Part shown: positions 58,885 to 64,000 of the stretch, piece by piece
How positions within the stretch are numbered: the first letter of the stretch is position 1
How the letters are laid out: every line of letters begins with the position of its first letter
From: the human T2T-CHM13v2.0 reference genome, Homo sapiens
Length of the DNA: 64,000 nucleotides
Assembly: GCF_009914755.1 (NCBI RefSeq)
Contig: NC_060934.1
Direction: 5' to 3' (one strand)
Program-made: the position numbers and the translations under genes
Notes under the pieces: model-generated
Told to the model about the DNA's origin: nothing
What the model saw: the letters and a program-made list of their open reading frames with translations, nothing else
Databases searched by the model: none

Positions 58885-61825
58885 TGTAAACTACTTCTAT
58901 TCCCCTAAAATTTGAATGTTTACGTTTATATCATTAACTTTAATCCTCAACAACCTCTTAAGATAGATACAATTGCCATCTCCAGTTTAAAGATAGGAAA
59001 AATGACACAGAGCTAGTAAGTGATGCTTAAAGTCACACAGAAAGAAAGTAGCAGAAGGAATTTGAACTCATATCCAACTGCAGCTATAGACCATGCATTT
59101 TACCACATCACTAAACTGATACTCAACTATTTATCTCTGGAGTTTATTAAAGGAAACTTCTCCATAGTAGAGGCAGCAGGTCTCGGAACCCAATGGAGGC
59201 ACAACAGGTACCAATAGGACAAAGGTGCCCCATGGACGCTCTTCTTCTCTCTATGTGTCGGTAGATCTTGACTGGCCTGAATTTATATGGCCATATAATG
59301 TTAGAAACTCTCTTTGGAACTATATAGGAAAAACCGTAAATTCTTTAAATTAGAATTTATTTAAGTATGTAAAAGATGCATAGGAAGTGGCAAATGGACA
59401 ATTTTAACAGTCATCCTGTATGGCAGCCACCTGCACCTCTGTTTAATATTCCAAGCAGCATGTAAGCAGAGATCAGTCCTTGCCATCCTCCACTGCTATA
59501 CTCAACCAACACCATCGATACGCTTGTGTTTATTATTTCAAGGAGGATTCTTCTGTAACTTCCATCACAGATGGAATATCAGTTATGCAATGCGGCCCTG
59601 AGTGCTACAATACCAAATTATCAAATTCTCCATTGGTTAACTTAAAAGTCTCAAATAAATTACATTGTTTTGAATGCAAATTCTGTCTGAGTACTAGGAT
59701 TTTCCATTTCTGAGATGTATTGCCCAGGCAAACTAAGTACATCACTTCATTTTAAGATTCCTTCATGTCAGTATTTAAGCTGAATATATTTGTATATTTC
59801 CAAAAACAAAGTGATAAAGTGATTTTACAGACATCCCAGGTTCCCTCCTAAAAATACCATTTTTCATCGGCTTAATCATTAAGCCTTAACAATAGACTTG
59901 TTAATTCAAAGAGGAGGATCAGAATCTGATAGACCACAGGAAACCAGTAAACCCAAACATTTGACTCAGCTAATCTCACTTTCAAGGACCCTGCATTTCT
60001 CAGAGCCCTGTCCCCCGAATCTTCACCATTTTATCTTGGAAGAGTGAAGGAGAACTTGGAAGATAAACCCAGAGGACCACTTTTCTTCCTGACCAGGAAC
60101 AAATCTTCCAGCAAACCCACACCTAATCAAAAACTGAAGTAAAACATGTAAACTGGAGCTACTAAATCATGCATGAGAAATAATACAACATGAACTAAGG
60201 TGTCAAAACAATTGTCTAACTAAGACCAATTTTTAGGATCTCAGTGAATTCATGCTTTAGACACACTGCAAGAATAGAGCCCTCAAAGCCATAATCAGAA
60301 CCTAAGTCTTCCTCTCACTGAAAAGGGAGTGGAATTCTATTCAAGGTTTATTTTAGCTTTCCAGTGCTTTCAAAGTCAATAAGCTGTACTGGTTTTCTTG
60401 CTTTTACTGTTTGAAGTTGCTCACTGGATCAGTAATACATCAAGAAAAAAATGCATATAAAGTACGTCCATAATTGAAAACATAATCTTAGTTCTTTTGT
60501 AGGGGAGGGTAGAAAAGAAATGGCCCAGAATTAACCATTGTCCTTATTTTAATTCAGAGTGTAATACAGTAAGAATAAGAACTATGCTCTACAATACCAG
60601 AAATATAGTAAATATTTTATAGTTAGGTTATTTTGCCTGAAAGCATCTAGGGAGCTTTGTGTCTGTAGAAAGATAAAAATGAAGATTTCACAATCAGACT
60701 TAGATTTCTCTTCAGCCTCTTAACACATCTACAGGGCCAAGTGGAAGAAACCTGATGCTGATATACACCAGACCAAACAGCTGGTCTCCCCAAGGAAGTG
60801 GATTAGCAGTATGATCACAGTGTACAGCTCACTGCAGAAAAGCTCTATATAGCCTCCTACTTTTTGTCTTCTGCTAAAATAGCCACCAGAGGGGAGGGCA
60901 GCAGGACAGTGCATAGCATGATGCCAGATGGCACGGAGTGGGGATGACAAGACTGCCTCTACCATTGCTAAAAATGAGTGCCTTCTGGACAGTTATGAGG
61001 TCCATTACAGGAAGTTGGTTCCATTAGTTAAGTCTCATCCTCCCCAAATTTGGTTGTCAGGGATTAATTTTATGATTTACATGGTGATCAATACAGGATC
61101 ATTGTTAATTTTTCACAAACTATTACAACATATAATCTGTGCCTTAAATCAGTTCTCCTTTTTGGAAAGGGTGTTTTCTATCTAATTAGATATCACATAA
61201 GGGCAAACTGTCACTGGATTCCACTTTGATCAGGAGTTTATGCTTAGCACCAACCAACTCAACATCTCCTAACTTCAGGATTCATTATCTCAATGAACTC
61301 TGGCAATAGCATCCCTAAAACCTATCTTTCCAGGAGACAGGTCATTAAATGGTCCTTATTTAAGGCATTCTTTTGCAAAGCCTATTGTCTAAGGAAAAAA
61401 GAGATAAACAAGCAGAAAGGAAAACTGATTCCAATTCAAATAAGCGTTCTCCTTCTAAATACCTTAACTTATTTGGGGGCATTCTTGCATTGCCTTCCAG
61501 TTCCTGGTATTCTGTTCTATCAGTAAATATAACTAAATCTCTCCCCTTTCCATTTTTTCACTCAAAGTTGGTGCAAAACTGGAATCTTTCATTCACGAAT
61601 ACACACAAAATCTCAGATTCCTCCACCCCACCCATGGTTCATTCTTATATAAGTGGTCATTGCCAACATTAAAGGAAAGTTGCTCAAACTAAAATTTGAA
61701 TCTGATCCTCCAGAAGTAGAACTTCTGATTCTGACTTTGGCGATCAGAATAAAGGTAAGAAAAGTGGAGCATTAGGCCAAACTTTAGACAGTTACCATCT
61801 GGCTCCTTTTATCTGCCCCACACCT

Positions 61826-62327
61826 ATTTTTTTTTTTAATTTTTTACTATTATACTTTAAGTTCTGGGGTACACGTGCAGAATGTGCAATTTTGTTACAT
61901 AGATATACACGTGCCTTGGTGTCTTGCTGCACCCATCAACCTGTCACCTACATTAGGTATTTCTCCTAATGTTATCCCTCCCCTAGCCCCCCACCCCGCA
62001 ACAGGCCCCAGTGTGTGATGTTCCCCTCCCTATGTCCATGTGTTCTCATTGTTCAACTCCCACTTATGAGTGAGAACATGCAGTGTTTGGTTTTCTGTTG
62101 TGTGATAGTTTGCTGAGAATGATGGTTTCCAGCTTCATCCATGTCCCTGCAAAGGACATGAACTCATCCTTTTATATGGCTGCATAGTATTCCATGGTGT
62201 ATATGTGCCACATTTTCTTTATCCAGTCTATCATTGATGGAACATTTCAGTTGGTTCCAAGTCTTTGCTATTGTGAATAGTGCTGCAATAAACATACGTG
62301 TGCATGTGTCTTTACAGTAGGATTATT
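61826..62327 (-). mobile_element. L1PA (PA7/8-like) 3' end
   Basis: tatactttaagttctggggtacacgtgcagaatgtgc...caactcccacttatgagtgagaacatg...aacatacgtgtgcatgtgtcttt. Confidence 0.92.
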
Positions 62328-62928
62328 TACACCTTTGTTTTTAACCTGGTTAGGATCAGACTGAAGAGCCACTCTGAGGTCCTACATCCAAACTTTGTGA
62401 AAAAAAAGAACCCCAATATGGCAGTAGCGCAATATCTATGATGGTGCTTTTCAGTTTCAAAGAGGGTTGTCTTTAAATTTATAAAGGTTATGCCCATAGG
62501 GCCTTTATAAGTGATTTTGGGGAATGATGATCCCATAGCACACTCATTAGAACTCAGTGTTTTGATGATGGCAGCAAGCATCAGGTAAGATTTGTAGCTG
62601 CAACATAAGCCCAAGTTGCCCCAAATAAATCCACCTTTACAAACAGAACCACTCTCTCAACCATACTGCATGGTAAACCTAATTAATGTGACATTTACCC
62701 TGCGATCAAAACTCTTATGAAATAGTTCTATCAAATTCTCCCATATTTGTCCAAGTCCTGGTGGAGCTTTGCCTGATATTAGAGAATGACACTGAGCAGT
62801 GATAACTGTAGTTATTATTTAGAATGTTGACTTATCCACAGTTATTTCTCTCATTTGAATCTAGCTACATCTAGGCCAATGGCTTTTACTCAGGGATGTA
62901 TATGAGACTTGCCTATTGAGTTTAATGA

Positions 62929-63240
<312 letters not shown>

Positions 63241-63796
63241 TGAATCTTTTAAGAGTATTATATCTTGAGGTTTTTTTTCTCTGTAAAAACTATATTCATT
63301 CATTTTTATAAAATCAGAAATAACATTCCTTGACTTCTTTAAAAATCGGCTTACTCATTATCCTTCAAGACATTCTAATTTTGGTGGAACGATTTTACTG
63401 TCTTTTTTTGCATGTCACATTACGTGCTATGCTTATTATAAACTCTCATCAGACCTTTCACATTTTAAAATTATCAGTAGTAAACTAACCACAGTGATTC
63501 CTATTTCTGTCATCTATAGATGGTTACATTTTCCTCCAATGGTTGCCTGAGGTTTTATTCAGCTTTAGGCTACAGTTTGTGTCTTTGGCAAAGATAAATC
63601 TCAAGAGCCTCATAGTAAAGGACCAGACACTTTAAACAATTGACACTTCAAATGACAGACTCTTGGATACAGGCATCTGATGACACCAGTGGGCTGAGTC
63701 AGGATTTGTAGAACTTTAGTGGAGAAGCAGACAGCTTCATGATACCACTAGCCCAAGATCAAGAGGAACAAGAATTAATTACACAAGACTGACTGA

Positions 63797-64000
63797 GGCT
63801 GGGTGTAGTGGCTCATGCCTATATTCCCAGCACTTTGGGAGGCTGAAGAGGGCAGATTATTTGAGACCAGCCTGGCCAACATGGTGAAACCCCATCTCTA
63901 CTAAAAATACAAAAAAAAAAAAAATTAGCAGGGCGTGGTGGCACATGCCCGTAGTCCCCATTACTTGGGAGGTTGAGGCAGGAGGATCCCTTGAGCCTGG
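63797..64000 (+). mobile_element. Alu with a short deletion in the left arm, truncated by the window end
   Basis: ggctgggtgtagtggctcatgcc...cagattat|ttgagaccagcctggcc. Confidence 0.9.

Noticed and set aside
60880-60935. CTCF-like motifs ccaccagaggggag and gccagatggcac (also tcagcagggggcc near 4952)
   Set aside because: Each misses core consensus positions; not supportable without ChIP data

Overview
Primate (human-like) genomic DNA, repeat-rich, lying inside a large gene transcribed on the minus strand. Two canonical coding exons (38305-38423, 119 nt; 17102-17165, 64 nt) have clean AG/GT boundaries and splice in frame to [62 protein letters not shown] recognise this peptide from memory as FAM13C (probably exons 4 and 5; numbering not verified). 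The rest is intron containing about 17 Alu/FLAM elements, L1/L2/MIR fragments, MaLR and MER57 LTRs, DNA-transposon MITEs (MER1B, MER85, Tigger3a, MADE1, MER53, MER104) and microsatellites. There are no prokaryotic features, RNA genes or CRISPR arrays, and I cannot support a new multi-gene system. The most notable unexplained structures are: a 267-bp locally templated insertion flanked by a 26-bp target duplication; further local non-TE duplications; a candidate 89-nt cassette exon with a stop followed by an in-frame restart AUG; a MER85 with an intact palindrome; a nested MST/inverted-L1/Alu stack; and two AluY elements inserted at one target site. Repeat subfamily names come from recalled consensus features, and the boundaries of old repeats are approximate.
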